Below are positions 28,205 through 37,729 of a DNA stretch of 64,000 nt, in pieces. The DNA is from a virus. How positions within the stretch are numbered: position 1 is the stretch's first letter; each line of letters starts with the position of its first letter. Under the pieces are notes generated by a model. It was not told where the DNA came from. It saw only the letters and a program-made list of their open reading frames with translations, and ran no database searches. The translations under genes and the position numbers were made by a program. Where the stretch lies: positions 32,001-96,000 of the IMG/VR virus record IMGVR_UViG_3300042465_006864. The stretch is one strand, 5' to 3'.

Positions 28205-29110
28205 ATGTTTGACACACTCATTGGACAAGACCACATCAAAAAAAGCTTTGGCTTCTACATCGACGGCTCAGCGAACGGCGGCATCGTGCCTCCACTTCTT
28301 CTCACTGGTGCGCGAGGTTTGGGCAAGACAGAATACGCTCGCCAGATGGCAAAGAATCTCAAGAAGCCTCTGCTCGAACTCAACTGTTCTACCATTCGCA
28401 ACAATCGCCAGTTCTTTGAACAGATTTTCATTCCTGTGATTATGAACAACGACATTACAATCCTCTTCGACGAGTGCCATGCGCTACCAAAGGATTTACA
28501 AAATGCGTTCCTGACTGTGTTCAACGTAGAGAAAGGTTTCCGCAAGAACTTCGAGTGGGACGGCAGTTCGATGGAGTTCGACTTCTCCCGCCAAACTTAT
28601 CTGTTCGCTACAACCGAACCAGACAAAATCTTCGCTCCTCTTAAAGATCGCTTCGAAGAGATTGACTTTCGCCCCTACTCTGATGATGAGATGGCAAAGA
28701 TTCTCCAGAGTCGTGCTGATTGGGTAGAGTTTCAAGATGACGTTATGAATGAGATCGTTCCAACACTTCGCGGCAATGCTCGATCCGCAGTTAAACGCGC
28801 AAAACAAATCTGTCTCTACTGCGAGGGCAAAAACAATTATCAGTTCGGCGACAGTCAATGGAAAGATATGTGCGACAAGCTTGGTATCACTGCTGATGGT
28901 TTGTCAAACTCAGAGATTCAAATTCTTTCTGTGCTTAAACAGCGAGGTCCATGCACTCTGGCTATGCTGTCAGCTGCAACTGGATTCTCTCGCACCGCAT
29001 TGCAACGCGACATTGAGATGCACCTTCTCCGCAAAAACCTGATGCGTATCGACGGTAAACGCGAAATCACAGGTGCTGGTGTCAAAGCCCTAGAAAAACT
29101 TTCTGTGTAG
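28205..29110 (+). CDS. ruvB: RuvB-like Holliday junction AAA+ ATPase
   Basis: FDTLIGQ, GARGLGKT (Walker A), LFDECH (Walker B), ATT...PLKDRF, RGNAR and a C-terminal winged helix ending GKREIT. Confidence 0.85.
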   Translation: MFDTLIGQDHIKKSFGFYIDGSANGGIVPPLLLTGARGLGKTEYARQMAKNLKKPLLELNCSTIRNNRQFFEQIFIPVIMNNDITILFDECHALPKDLQNAFLTVFNVEKGFRKNFEWDGSSMEFDFSRQTYLFATTEPDKIFAPLKDRFEEIDFRPYSDDEMAKILQSRADWVEFQDDVMNEIVPTLRGNARSAVKRAKQICLYCEGKNNYQFGDSQWKDMCDKLGITADGLSNSEIQILSVLKQRGPCTLAMLSAATGFSRTALQRDIEMHLLRKNLMRIDGKREITGAGVKALEKLSV

Positions 29111-29180
29111 TTAGTAACCGAGGGGGCGGAGTGGTGTCCGTCCCCTCAAATACCAAATTCTTTTTAGACAAATAAACAAT

Positions 29181-29369
29181 ATGGAAATACACATTCCCCA
29201 ACACATCCAAGAGGCACTAGACAAAAGCCCGAACGCTAGCGCAGCGAATACAATCATCGTTAGCCAACTAAGCGAAAAACTTTTTTCCGCACGGTGGAAC
29301 CTGCAACAGCACAAGATGGAACTTGATCAACTGTGGGAAGTGAATTGCGAAACACAACTCGCGAAATAA
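29181..29369 (+). CDS. hypothetical protein
   Basis: ORF. Confidence 0.55.
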   Translation: MEIHIPQHIQEALDKSPNASAANTIIVSQLSEKLFSARWNLQQHKMELDQLWEVNCETQLAK

Positions 29370-29406
29370 CCAATTGCGAAATACTATTCGCGAAATAACA
29401 AATAAA

Positions 29407-29482
29407 GCGCTTGTAGCTCAGTGGTCAGAGCAGGGGTCTCATAAACCTTTGGTCATAGGTTCAATCCCTATCAGGCGCACCA
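29407..29482 (+). tRNA. tRNA with CAT anticodon (Met or Ile2)
   Basis: Acceptor GCGCTTG/CAGGCGC, CTCATAA loop, ends ACCA. Confidence 0.9.
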
Positions 29483-29494
29483 AATCAAACAAAA

Positions 29495-29524
29495 GCTTCC
29501 GTAGCTCAATTGGATAGAGCAATA
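29495..29524 (+). pseudogene. 5' fragment of a tRNA (Arg-like)
   Basis: GCTTCCG-TA-GCTCAATTGGATAGAGC gives the 5' acceptor strand and D-arm only. Confidence 0.7.
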
Positions 29525-29525
29525 A

Positions 29526-29597
29526 GACCTCATAGTTAAAAGGATATAACCAATCTCTTCTAAAGATTAATTCCAAGTTCGATTCTTGGTGGGGTCA
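29526..29597 (+). tRNA. trnR: tRNA-Arg(TCT)
   Basis: Acceptor GACCTCA/TGGGGTC; anticodon arm AATCT-CTTCTAA-AGATT; T-arm CCAAG-TTCGATT-CTTGG. Confidence 0.85.
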
Positions 29598-29957
29598 CTC
29601 TTCAGCGTGTCGTATTCTGTGGCAATTTGCGCACAACATTACACACTTATCTAATTCGTGCGTTATCTTATCCCAAGAGCGTAGGCGCAATTTTGCCCAA
29701 TCCGCATCTTTTTTACTTGGCTCTATGTGATGAAATTCAAACACTCCAGCAGGAAAGTTGGGGTAGCGAATACCACAATCAATACACAAGCTACCTTTAT
29801 AATTAATAGCTTCTATTTTTCTTTTTTTCCACCGATTTATGCAATATAGATCGAAGCATTTGCGGCAGTGGGATGAACCATTTTTTCTGTTTTTTTGTTG
29901 ATAAAAATCGCTGATCAATTTCTTTTCTTTGCAAGAGGTGCAGGTTTTAGTTTCCAT
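29595..29957 (-). CDS. HNH-type endonuclease with Zn ribbons
   Basis: METKTCTSC...CIDCG...FEFHH...ELDKCVMLCANCHRIRH. Confidence 0.85.
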   Translation of the reverse strand: METKTCTSCKEKKLISDFYQQKNRKNGSSHCRKCFDLYCINRWKKRKIEAINYKGSLCIDCGIRYPNFPAGVFEFHHIEPSKKDADWAKLRLRSWDKITHELDKCVMLCANCHRIRHAEE

Positions 29958-30090
29958 ACTAATATATACACTTAGAATTAAAAAATCTATGCAAAGATTA
30001 AAATTATCATTCCCTCGCCATTTTTTAATCAAAATAAATGTTGACAAACTGCCGCGATTTGCTACATTTCTCCCGCACCCAATTACTACT

Positions 30091-30654
30091 ATGCAGACAC
30101 AAGAAACAATACAAGAAATCGGCAACTACGAAAGCTCACTCGACACCATCGCCTGTGAACTCCTCCAATACGTCACACCCGAGACGAAAGAACTTTATTA
30201 TGCTTTTAGCAAGGCATTGCAGTTTGACCTCAGAGAAAAATTCGGAAACGTGTTCGAAAACTTCCTCGTCACGCAGAAAACAAAAAAAGAAATTCTTAAA
30301 GAAGCTTTTGAATACTATGCCGCCGATCCTTCTCGCAGAGCAACTAACGCAGAAGGCAGTTGCAGATACCTTATGGAAGACGGTCGCAAATGTGCCGTTG
30401 GTCGCTGCTTAATCGAAGGAAAGAAAATTTGCTTTAGCGGTATGCAAAAAGACGCTATCTTTGCAGAGATCCAAGCGAATCAAATCGACAATCTCGACTC
30501 TCATTTGTTGCCAGAGTATCGGGGGCATGATGTTGGTTTTTGGCAGGAGCTTCAATACTGGCACGATAGCTGTTTGAACTTTACAGAGACAGGTTTGTCT
30601 GAAAAAGGGCAGCAGCAAGCTGAGTTTCTTTTGACAAACTATGCCGACAAATAA
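30091..30654 (+). CDS. hypothetical phage protein
   Basis: Start MQTQET after a promoter; CRY...DGRKCAVG...LQYWHD motif. Confidence 0.7.
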   Translation: MQTQETIQEIGNYESSLDTIACELLQYVTPETKELYYAFSKALQFDLREKFGNVFENFLVTQKTKKEILKEAFEYYAADPSRRATNAEGSCRYLMEDGRKCAVGRCLIEGKKICFSGMQKDAIFAEIQANQIDNLDSHLLPEYRGHDVGFWQELQYWHDSCLNFTETGLSEKGQQQAEFLLTNYADK

Positions 30655-30694
30655 CTTGACACAATCCCTAAAATCTATTACTTTTGCGCCCGAT

Positions 30695-30883
30695 ATGAAA
30701 GACTACCTTGGACAAGAATTGCAAGTTGGAGACCTAGTGATTTACTATGTAGGCAAATATAGAGAATTTGCGACGAACAAAATTGTTAAAATAACAAACC
30801 ATTTTGTATTTATTGATGAAGGCGATCCTCGGAGCAGACCTTTTAAGCAGAGAGGTGAACAAGTGATTAAAGCCCCCAAGTAA
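30695..30883 (+). CDS. small SH3/KOW-like protein
   Basis: MKDYLGQELQVGDLV, directly after TTGACA-17-TACTTT. Confidence 0.65.
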   Translation: MKDYLGQELQVGDLVIYYVGKYREFATNKIVKITNHFVFIDEGDPRSRPFKQRGEQVIKAPK

Positions 30884-30936
30884 TAAAAATTAACTTGACA
30901 CAACCCACAAAATAAACAACAATCCCTTCTCACCTT

Positions 30937-31194
30937 ATGATTACATCAGAACAACTACTAGAAAATCGCAGCATCACAGAACCAACGGTCGCAACCCTAA
31001 TCTTAGATGTGCCGTGGAACGAAACAAATTACGGAAACATTCTGCGAAATTTTTTCGATAACGTAACAGAGGAAGTCTTTGATAATACAGAGATTCTCGA
31101 ATACGAGCCAGTCTCATACGATAGCGAAAAGCAAACCTTTCAAATCAAATATACTCTTGGGGTCGTTGACCTACTGGAACCAATCGAAGCATAA
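30937..31194 (+). CDS. hypothetical protein
   Basis: ORF with upstream TTGACA. Confidence 0.6.
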   Translation: MITSEQLLENRSITEPTVATLILDVPWNETNYGNILRNFFDNVTEEVFDNTEILEYEPVSYDSEKQTFQIKYTLGVVDLLEPIEA

Positions 31195-31425
31195 TTCTAA
31201 CACCAAAACAAAATGAAACAAATAAAACAATTCTTTTGCCGCCTATTCAATCGCCGCCAGCCTACCTACGGCGCACAGATTTTCCAACAGCGCAGCTGGC
31301 TCACCAAGCAGGTCGATGATGCACTCTGGAAAAAATACCAAGGATTAAATTAAGTTCTTGACAAATTGCCCCGAAACAGCTACATTTCTCGCGCCCCCCG
31401 AAACAACTACTAAACTACTAATACT

Positions 31426-31959
31426 ATGCCTAATTGGACTCACAACAAACTAACCATAACAAACTCCACTCCAAAGCTCGAAGAGTTCCTCAAGGAACAC
31501 GGCTTGTCTTTTGAGGCTATCGTAAAACCAGAGCGTCCTGAGAATTACGGAGATGGTTGTTCTACTATCGCCGCCCAAACTGATGCTTGGGGAACTAAGT
31601 GGGACTTGGATGAAACCGAAGCAAAAGAAACCGCCGCTTCTCTTTTAGAGAATGACGAATGTATTTTCGATACAGCATGGTCGCCACCATCGGAAGCGAT
31701 TCGCGCACTGAGCGAGTTGACTGGTGCGTCTTTTCTTCTTGCTTACTATGAGCCAGGATGTTGGTTCTGGGGAGTGGAAGACATCTCCGAAGGTTTCATC
31801 TACCCCGAGTTAGATAGCAATGAAACACAAGAGCAGCTCCACGAATTTCTTGTCCAATACATGGACTACAGCACCGAAGAGGCTACTGAAGCTGTAGGCT
31901 GGGACGAAGAGGACGAAGAGGAAGAAGAAGAGAAGGAGGAAGAAGAATCCAAGGCGTAA
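31426..31959 (+). CDS. DUF1281/YubB-like ferredoxin-fold protein with acidic tail
   Basis: MPNW..N.L, WGTKWD, FDTAWSPP and YYEPG motifs. Confidence 0.8.
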   Translation: MPNWTHNKLTITNSTPKLEEFLKEHGLSFEAIVKPERPENYGDGCSTIAAQTDAWGTKWDLDETEAKETAASLLENDECIFDTAWSPPSEAIRALSELTGASFLLAYYEPGCWFWGVEDISEGFIYPELDSNETQEQLHEFLVQYMDYSTEEATEAVGWDEEDEEEEEEKEEEESKA

Positions 31960-31990
31960 ATGCCAAACGCCAAATAAGCAAATAACAAAT

Positions 31991-32019
31991 AAGCGCACTG
32001 GGAAACTGGTGCGCTTTTC
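31991..32019 (+). terminator. terminator ending the plus-strand early block
   Basis: AAGCGCACTGG-GAAA-CTGGTGCGCTT followed by TT. Confidence 0.65.
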
Positions 32020-32113
32020 AATTATGCCCCCGATCTAATCAAATAATGCCAAATAAGGAATGAGTGCGCCTAAATAAGCGATAGGGGGAAATGATGGTCA
32101 AAAGTGATATGCA

Positions 32114-32200
32114 TAAACCGTTGAGCGTCAACGAGTTACAGCAAAATGACCCCTACGGGGTCTTCTCCGTGTAAGTCGTTCATTATCAACAACTTATGAC
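32114..32200. repeat. 87-bp dyad element, copy 1 (central loop TAC)
   Basis: TAAACCGTTGAGCGTCAACGAGTTAC...GACCCC-TAC-GGGGTC...GTAAGTCGTTCATTATCAACAACTTATGAC. Confidence 0.95.
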
Positions 32201-32209
32201 GAGCAGTCG

Positions 32210-32296
32210 TAAACCGTTGAGTTTCAACAACTTACGGCGAAACGACCCCGTAGGGGTCGCGTGGGTGTAAGTCGTTGAGTATCAACAACTTACGAC
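32210..32296. repeat. 87-bp dyad element, copy 2 (loop GTA), tandem to copy 1
   Basis: Direct sequence match to the consensus. Confidence 0.95.
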
Positions 32297-32340
32297 GATG
32301 ATTAACCCTACCCCCGCCAAGGGGTAGGGCATACCATGTA

Positions 32341-32601
32341 TCACTTACCGTTAGAAAGGTCTAGCATATCTTCAGCCAATATCGAGATGAGTTCTTCCGT
32401 GTATGCATACGGATCATCGCCGCATGATTGAGCGAGTCTTTCAATCGCATCCCACAGCATAATGCGGGGGCGGTTCTCGTCGTCCTCGTCAACCAAGGCA
32501 CAGCAGAGTTGGTCAGCTGTTAGATCGGGAACTTGTGAAAGAAAGTGTCCCGCAGCGCGGAGATATAGGGCGGCATTTTTCGGGTCGTTAAGGTCTGTCA
32601 T
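32341..32601 (-). CDS. hypothetical cassette protein
   Basis: Own TTGACA...TAACTT promoter 9 nt before the ATG. Confidence 0.7.
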   Translation of the reverse strand: MTDLNDPKNAALYLRAAGHFLSQVPDLTADQLCCALVDEDDENRPRIMLWDAIERLAQSCGDDPYAYTEELISILAEDMLDLSNGK

Positions 32602-32613
32602 AACAGGGAAAAG

Positions 32614-32814
32614 TTAGTTGTTTCGGGGGGAGTTGTCAAGGTTATTTTCGGGAGTGAGATAGATTTTTCCGTAAGATGTTTCTAACGAAAAAGAGCCGTC
32701 TTGTAACTCCACAAAGTTTTCCATGGTATACATGGATTGTCCGATTTCATCCATGATGCGAGCAACAGCCACTTCATCCAGATCATCGCGAGGAATATCA
32801 ATAGTAATTCTCAT
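32614..32814 (-). CDS. hypothetical cassette protein
   Basis: Own near-identical promoter. Confidence 0.65.
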   Translation of the reverse strand: MRITIDIPRDDLDEVAVARIMDEIGQSMYTMENFVELQDGSFSLETSYGKIYLTPENNLDNSPRNN

Positions 32815-32913
32815 AGAAAGAAAAGTTAGTTGATTTGGGGGGAGTTGTCAAGTATTATGCGCTCAATGCTAGAATAAAAAGCAGGAACGCAAGAAACAAA
32901 ATTTGTCCTATGG

Positions 32914-33612
32914 TCATGCAGGTTCAATCACAAAGCCCGAAGAATCTTTTTTCGCTTTGCCTTTTTCGACAAGCCCGACAATGACGTTTTGAGGGTCAAG
33001 AAAGCGCAGGTCACTTTCGTCACCGCTAACGACACGATACCCTTTCCAATTCTCAGGAAGCGAGCCACGGAAAACCACGGCAACATTTCCACCACTGGCA
33101 AGAATAGCGTCAACCAATTTTTCGTTAGACTCAGAACGGGAGAACGTCAACTGATAGTTCGATGGAAATTCACCAGTCAAGAAAGCACTCATTCGTTGCG
33201 CTGACTTGGTATAGTCGTAGAAGGTCACTTGAGGAAACAAATCAAAAACAGTTTTGCCGTTCAGTTTAATTTTTTCCCAAGGAAGATCGCTTGTAAGGTT
33301 CAAGCGGAAACAAGGAACAAGATTTTTCTTTTGCGCCGATTTGATTGCGGCAGCTATCTCTTTCACAAGTTGCGCCATGAACAAAGCCTTATCTTGAAAG
33401 AAGAATTTTGTTTTGGCGATACGGGCAGCTTGAACAGTTGCGAAGATTCCATGTCCCGAAGTGTCAAGACAAGCAGCCTCACAGCCAACGCTTGAATGCT
33501 GGCAGGTGTTGTAGCCCGATTTTGTGCTAGGCGCGAGGTGAACGCCGAACGTCTGGAAGCCTTGAGCTTCCCCTTTTTTGATTTTGCTATTTGAAGTAGT
33601 TAGTAATTTCAT
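32914..33612 (-). CDS. Gp88-like phage protein, paralog 1
   Basis: MKLLTTSNSKIKK...LAP..C..C...CL...RLNLTSDL...FYDYTK...LTFSRSE...GDESDLRFLD. Confidence 0.75.
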   Translation of the reverse strand: MKLLTTSNSKIKKGEAQGFQTFGVHLAPSTKSGYNTCQHSSVGCEAACLDTSGHGIFATVQAARIAKTKFFFQDKALFMAQLVKEIAAAIKSAQKKNLVPCFRLNLTSDLPWEKIKLNGKTVFDLFPQVTFYDYTKSAQRMSAFLTGEFPSNYQLTFSRSESNEKLVDAILASGGNVAVVFRGSLPENWKGYRVVSGDESDLRFLDPQNVIVGLVEKGKAKKDSSGFVIEPA

Positions 33613-33652
33613 GCGGAGAAAAGTTAGTTGTTTCGGGGGAGTTGTCAAGAAT

Positions 33653-34012
33653 TTACCACCAAGAATCGTAAAAAACTTTCTTGCCGTCCTTGATAGCTTG
33701 GCGAGCCGTTGCGATAAACTCCAGGGTTTTTTGCTTGTAGTGGTCATCATCGCGAGAATCAGCACCAAAAAAGAAACCTTGTGTTTCTGGCAAACTGCTA
33801 CCAAGAATGTCTTGCTCCAGTTTGTCAAGATTTTCCATATTGAGTTCCAGCGGAATGCAGTTGAAGGAGCCATCTTCATCATGCTTCTTGGGGCAACCTT
33901 GTTTTTCCCACAGGTTTTCCATCCAGCCATGCAGCGCGTTATGCTTGCGCCAGTAGGCGATTTCTTCTTTGTTTTTTCCTTTTGTAGTGTATGCGAATTG
34001 ATCGAGTCCCAT
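33653..34012 (-). CDS. conserved phage protein
   Basis: MGLDQ...YWRKHNALHGWM...GFFFG...FYDSWW family signature. Confidence 0.75.
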   Translation of the reverse strand: MGLDQFAYTTKGKNKEEIAYWRKHNALHGWMENLWEKQGCPKKHDEDGSFNCIPLELNMENLDKLEQDILGSSLPETQGFFFGADSRDDDHYKQKTLEFIATARQAIKDGKKVFYDSWW

Positions 34013-34145
34013 AGTATTGATTAGTTAGTTGTTAGTGATTTCGTGACGGGCAAAGAATATCATTTTGCGGCAGAGTGTCAACATTTATTTGATTAAAAAA
34101 TAAAAAAAAATAAACCTTGACAATCTCAGGCAATCGCTCAAGTCG

Positions 34146-34232
34146 TAAACCGTTGAGCGTCAACGACTTACGCCAAAACGACCCCGAAGGGGTCGCGTCG
34201 ATGTAACTCGTTGAGTGTCAACGACTTATGAC
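34146..34232. repeat. 87-bp dyad element, copy 3 (loop GAA)
   Basis: Direct sequence match. Confidence 0.95.
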
Positions 34233-34271
34233 AACCCCGCTTGCGCGGGGGTTGTCAAGTCTTTTTTTCGC

Positions 34272-35072
34272 TTAGTCGCGGAAGTCCGTTCCGTCGAGTT
34301 CGGGCGCGTCCTCGCATCCCTTGGTGACAATCTCCTGCACCTCGATTACAGGGGCGTGACTCGCCACACGGTCAAAGATGCTTTGAGTGGTCATCGTGCG
34401 GAAAGGCAGCTTGCTAAGGTCGCCCCCTTTGAGGTTCTCAGTGATGGAATTGTAAAGACTCCAGAGAGTGCGTCCCTTGAACTCTTCATGGCGCGGATTG
34501 CGGAACTCTTCAATCGCGGCGTAAATGTCGCGAGCGGGGAACGCTTTGGAATCAACAAGCGTCACCATCAGATCAGCCGCTTGCGCGTCACTGATTTCCG
34601 TGGTTTTATAGCGATCAATGCGCAAGCCCATATCGTTCCAATGAGACACAACGCGCCCCACGGCATCGCCAAGCACGCGAGGCAAATCGGTTAGAATGTT
34701 GAGGGTGTGGCGGCGAGCGAGCTTCACATCAGAAGCGAAGCAAAGATTCTCGCAAACCATCATGCGATTGCCGATGCAGACAGCGGCAGCAAAAGCCTTG
34801 TCGTGAGAGTTGCGCAAGCCAAGCACCACTTGGCGATCATCGCCAGAAATGCCCTTGCCAGTGAGTGCAAAGCCGCCGAAGTAGCGCAAGCCGCCACGGT
34901 GCAAAGCGTGTTCCTCTTCCAAGACAGTAAGACCAGCGTTCTCGATTGCCTTACGGGTGAGTGTGACAAGCAGGTCGTGAGGAATCGGGGTGTGTGACTC
35001 AGTAGCAGGTGGGGTTTCCACGCCGATGAGTTGCTCGAAGTTGACTTTGTTTTTTGCGATGATGAGTGCCAT
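34272..35072 (-). CDS. DUF932 family protein
   Basis: HTPIPH...LGLRNSHDK...RMMVCENLCF...RRHT...LWSLYNSITE. Confidence 0.8.
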   Translation of the reverse strand: MALIIAKNKVNFEQLIGVETPPATESHTPIPHDLLVTLTRKAIENAGLTVLEEEHALHRGGLRYFGGFALTGKGISGDDRQVVLGLRNSHDKAFAAAVCIGNRMMVCENLCFASDVKLARRHTLNILTDLPRVLGDAVGRVVSHWNDMGLRIDRYKTTEISDAQAADLMVTLVDSKAFPARDIYAAIEEFRNPRHEEFKGRTLWSLYNSITENLKGGDLSKLPFRTMTTQSIFDRVASHAPVIEVQEIVTKGCEDAPELDGTDFRD

Positions 35073-35267
35073 AATGGTAGTAGTAGTTAGTTAGTTTTGA
35101 AGTGTGCCAGTCATTGGCGACGAGGAAAGTGTAGCATTTCGGACGGAATTGTCAATATGTTTTTTGTATTTTTTCACAATTATTTTTGTGCGATTGCGCG
35201 AAAAAAGTTCTTGACACTCTCTAACAGAAAACCTCTAACAGATTTTTACTTACAGCAGTAATCTTCG

Positions 35268-35354
35268 TAAACCGTTAAGCGTCAACGACTTACAGCAAAA
35301 CGACCCCTTCGGGGTCGCATCGGCGTAACTCGTTGATACTCAACAACTTATGAC
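35268..35354. repeat. 87-bp dyad element, copy 4 (loop TTC)
   Basis: Direct sequence match. Confidence 0.95.
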
Positions 35355-35690
35355 GCTTAGAAAATCCCCCACCAGAAGTAAGCTGCAATCAGTCGGGGCA
35401 TGAAGCCCCTTGTCCTTCTGGCGAGAGAAAAATTATTTCTTTTGTTCTGCTATCTGCTTCTTGCCATCGCGCCTAACAAGTTTATTTTGTGCGCGTTTTC
35501 TATCGCGTAGATGTTTCCACCATTCGACAGTTCTAACAGAACCTTTTGATTTACTTGATGAAGCCACGACATTCTTTTTTGTTAGATTCTTTTTTGCGAT
35601 CCTTGAGGGCAAAGCAAGGGGGAGGCATAGGATGACGGCTTAGGTTGCGCATGTCAAGAGAATTTTGCGCGAGTTGTTTTTTGTGGCGTT

Positions 35691-36044
35691 TCATGCTATA
35701 GCTTGGTAGATGATTGGAATGTGAGTGCGAGCGGGTATTCCCATTTCTTTACACACGGCAGCGAAGTCTTTTCCGTGGAAACTACGGCGACCATTCTTAG
35801 TAAGAAGAAAACGATTGCCGTTGCGCTTCCACTGAATGTGATGAGCAATCTCATGCTTCAACACTTCGTCGAAAGTTTTGAAAGAGCAGAGAATGCGTTT
35901 GCTTAGTTTGATTTTACCTTCAGCAACATAAGCAAGACCAAGATGACGTTCAGAGTTCATCCATTGAATTTTGAGATGAGACATGCTCCATTGCTTTAGA
36001 GTCATGCGGATGTATTGTTCGATTTCGGAAGTGGTGGCAAACAT
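35691..36044 (-). CDS. SprT-like zinc metalloprotease
   Basis: LGLA...IKLS...VLKHEIAHH...HGKDF. Confidence 0.8.
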   Translation of the reverse strand: MFATTSEIEQYIRMTLKQWSMSHLKIQWMNSERHLGLAYVAEGKIKLSKRILCSFKTFDEVLKHEIAHHIQWKRNGNRFLLTKNGRRSFHGKDFAAVCKEMGIPARTHIPIIYQAIA

Positions 36045-36056
36045 GGCGGCGAAAGT

Positions 36057-36269
36057 TTAAGGTTTTTGGGTGGTGGTGTCAATCTTTTTTTTTAATTGTT
36101 TTAAATTAAATTCAGTTCTTATTTTGCAAGCAGTAAGAGCAAAAGAGGGAATCAAAAAACCCATAGAACAAAACATAATCAAACCATCCAAAACAGTGCA
36201 GAGACCCTGCAAAGCGAAAAGTGGATATTCTAACAAATGAACTCTTTTTTTAACAAAGTGAATTTTCAT
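36057..36269 (-). CDS. small membrane protein
   Basis: Hydrophobic ORF with its own TTGACA promoter. Confidence 0.6.
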   Translation of the reverse strand: MKIHFVKKRVHLLEYPLFALQGLCTVLDGLIMFCSMGFLIPSFALTACKIRTEFNLKQLKKKIDTTTQKP

Positions 36270-36317
36270 GGCGGCAATAGATTAGTGTTTTTTGGGGAAG
36301 TGTCAACATATTTTTAA

Positions 36318-36674
36318 TCAAAAAGCAGCAAAAACTTGTCTGCCATGCAATAGCACTTCTTCTGCGCGAAAGATGTTAGAACCTTGGCACTGAAACTGAT
36401 CGACCTCATACGGGTTATATCTAACAGAAAGAAAAAACTTATTAGATTGGATGCCAGAAACTAACGTGCCAATGATGAATGCGTGAACATTCTTCTTTTT
36501 CTGTTTAATCACACGCTGACGACCAGCTTCCGATACTTTGAATTGCGCGTTTCTAACGCAAGCGTGTTCCAAGTGACAAACGACTTTCCAGCGTCCGTCA
36601 ACTTTTGTCTGGACAGACAACTTTTTCTTGTGGAGGTTAAAGTAGATTCTAACGATTTGATTGAGTGGTAACAT
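36318..36674 (-). CDS. conserved phage protein
   Basis: VRIYFNLHKK...FKVSEAGRQRV...KKNVHAF...YNPY family signature. Confidence 0.75.
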   Translation of the reverse strand: MLPLNQIVRIYFNLHKKKLSVQTKVDGRWKVVCHLEHACVRNAQFKVSEAGRQRVIKQKKKNVHAFIIGTLVSGIQSNKFFLSVRYNPYEVDQFQCQGSNIFRAEEVLLHGRQVFAAF

Positions 36675-36725
36675 GGCAAGAGAAAAATACACTTTCTGCG
36701 GCTATTTGTCAACAACTTTTTGCGA

Positions 36726-36780
36726 ATAAATAGCAAATAAATAGCAAATAAATAGCAAATAAATAACCTTCAAATAACCT
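36726..36780. repeat. short tandem repeat (AATAAATAGCA)n
   Basis: Three to four tandem units followed by AAATAACCT twice. Confidence 0.7.
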
Positions 36781-36825
36781 TAGGGGTAGGAGAGGGGGAA
36801 TCTAACAGATTTTAAGCAGGATGCG

Positions 36826-36912
36826 TAAACTGTTGAGTATCAACGACTTACGGCAAAACGACCCCTACGGGGTCGCGGCGGTGTAACTCGTTCATTATCA
36901 ACGACTTACGAC
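36826..36912. repeat. 87-bp dyad element, copy 5 (loop TAC)
   Basis: Direct sequence match. Confidence 0.95.
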
Positions 36913-37013
36913 GATTGTCTTCGCGCTGCAATGTCAAGACTTTTTTTTGACAATTTTGGGGAGCGGTTAAACCATAAACCGCTCCCCGTTTTGCCAATGC
37001 CACCAGAAAATTG

Positions 37014-37244
37014 TTAGACTTCGAAGCCTTCTTCTTCTAACAGTTCCACAACTGCATCTTGCGCGATGTTTTGCAATTCGGAAAGGTGTAAGCCGTCCCC
37101 CCATCGCTCGATGAGTTCTTCCATTTCATCGAGAGCGTTCATCACACAGGGCAAGTCGGGCAAGTCAGCGAGAGACAAGCTGCCCGACATTCTGAGGCAG
37201 ATGTTATTCATTATCGTTATGCAGCGTTTGCGATTGTTAGTCAT
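37014..37244 (-). CDS. hypothetical cassette protein
   Basis: Own promoter; stop codon lies within GTCTAAC. Confidence 0.7.
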   Translation of the reverse strand: MTNNRKRCITIMNNICLRMSGSLSLADLPDLPCVMNALDEMEELIERWGDGLHLSELQNIAQDAVVELLEEEGFEV

Positions 37245-37284
37245 GGCGGGGATATGTTAGTTGTTTTGGGGGGATTGTCAAGAT

Positions 37285-37470
37285 TTATTTTCTGTTTTTA
37301 AGTATTTCTTCCAATTTGTTTTTATCGTAAAAGAAGCTATCTTCATTCAATTTACCGAAGAAAAAAGATTTTGGCTCATCAGTGTCACTGATCTCATAGT
37401 CAAGAGAAGACAAGATTTCATAAATGCTTGTGAGTAGGTGAACGGGAACTTCAATAGTTTGATTTGACAT
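37285..37470 (-). CDS. hypothetical cassette protein
   Basis: TACTCT-TTCCCCGCC-ATG promoter module. Confidence 0.65.
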   Translation of the reverse strand: MSNQTIEVPVHLLTSIYEILSSLDYEISDTDEPKSFFFGKLNEDSFFYDKNKLEEILKNRK

Positions 37471-37590
37471 GGCGGGGAAAGAGTAGCAGAAAAAACCAAT
37501 CAGCGCAAGTATTTTCTTTGATTATTTTTGAAAAAAAAGTTTGTCATAAGTGCAAAAAAACTTGACAAGTGTCACTAGTTTATCAAGTCA

Positions 37591-37677
37591 TAAACCGTTG
37601 AGCGTCAACAACTTACGACAAAACGACCCCGAAGGGGTCGCGTCGATGTAACTCGTTGAGCGTCAACAACTTACGAC
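37591..37677. repeat. 87-bp dyad element, copy 6 (loop GAA)
   Basis: Direct sequence match. Confidence 0.95.
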
Positions 37678-37729
37678 GATTGCGATTGAGTGTTAAGCCA
37701 GCCCCGAAGGGCTGGCTGTGTATTTTTCG

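Noticed and set aside
33613-33930. N-terminal extension of the 338-aa ORF 32914..33930
   Set aside because: It overlaps gene 33653..34012 in another frame. The paralog and the promoter module place the start at 33612.
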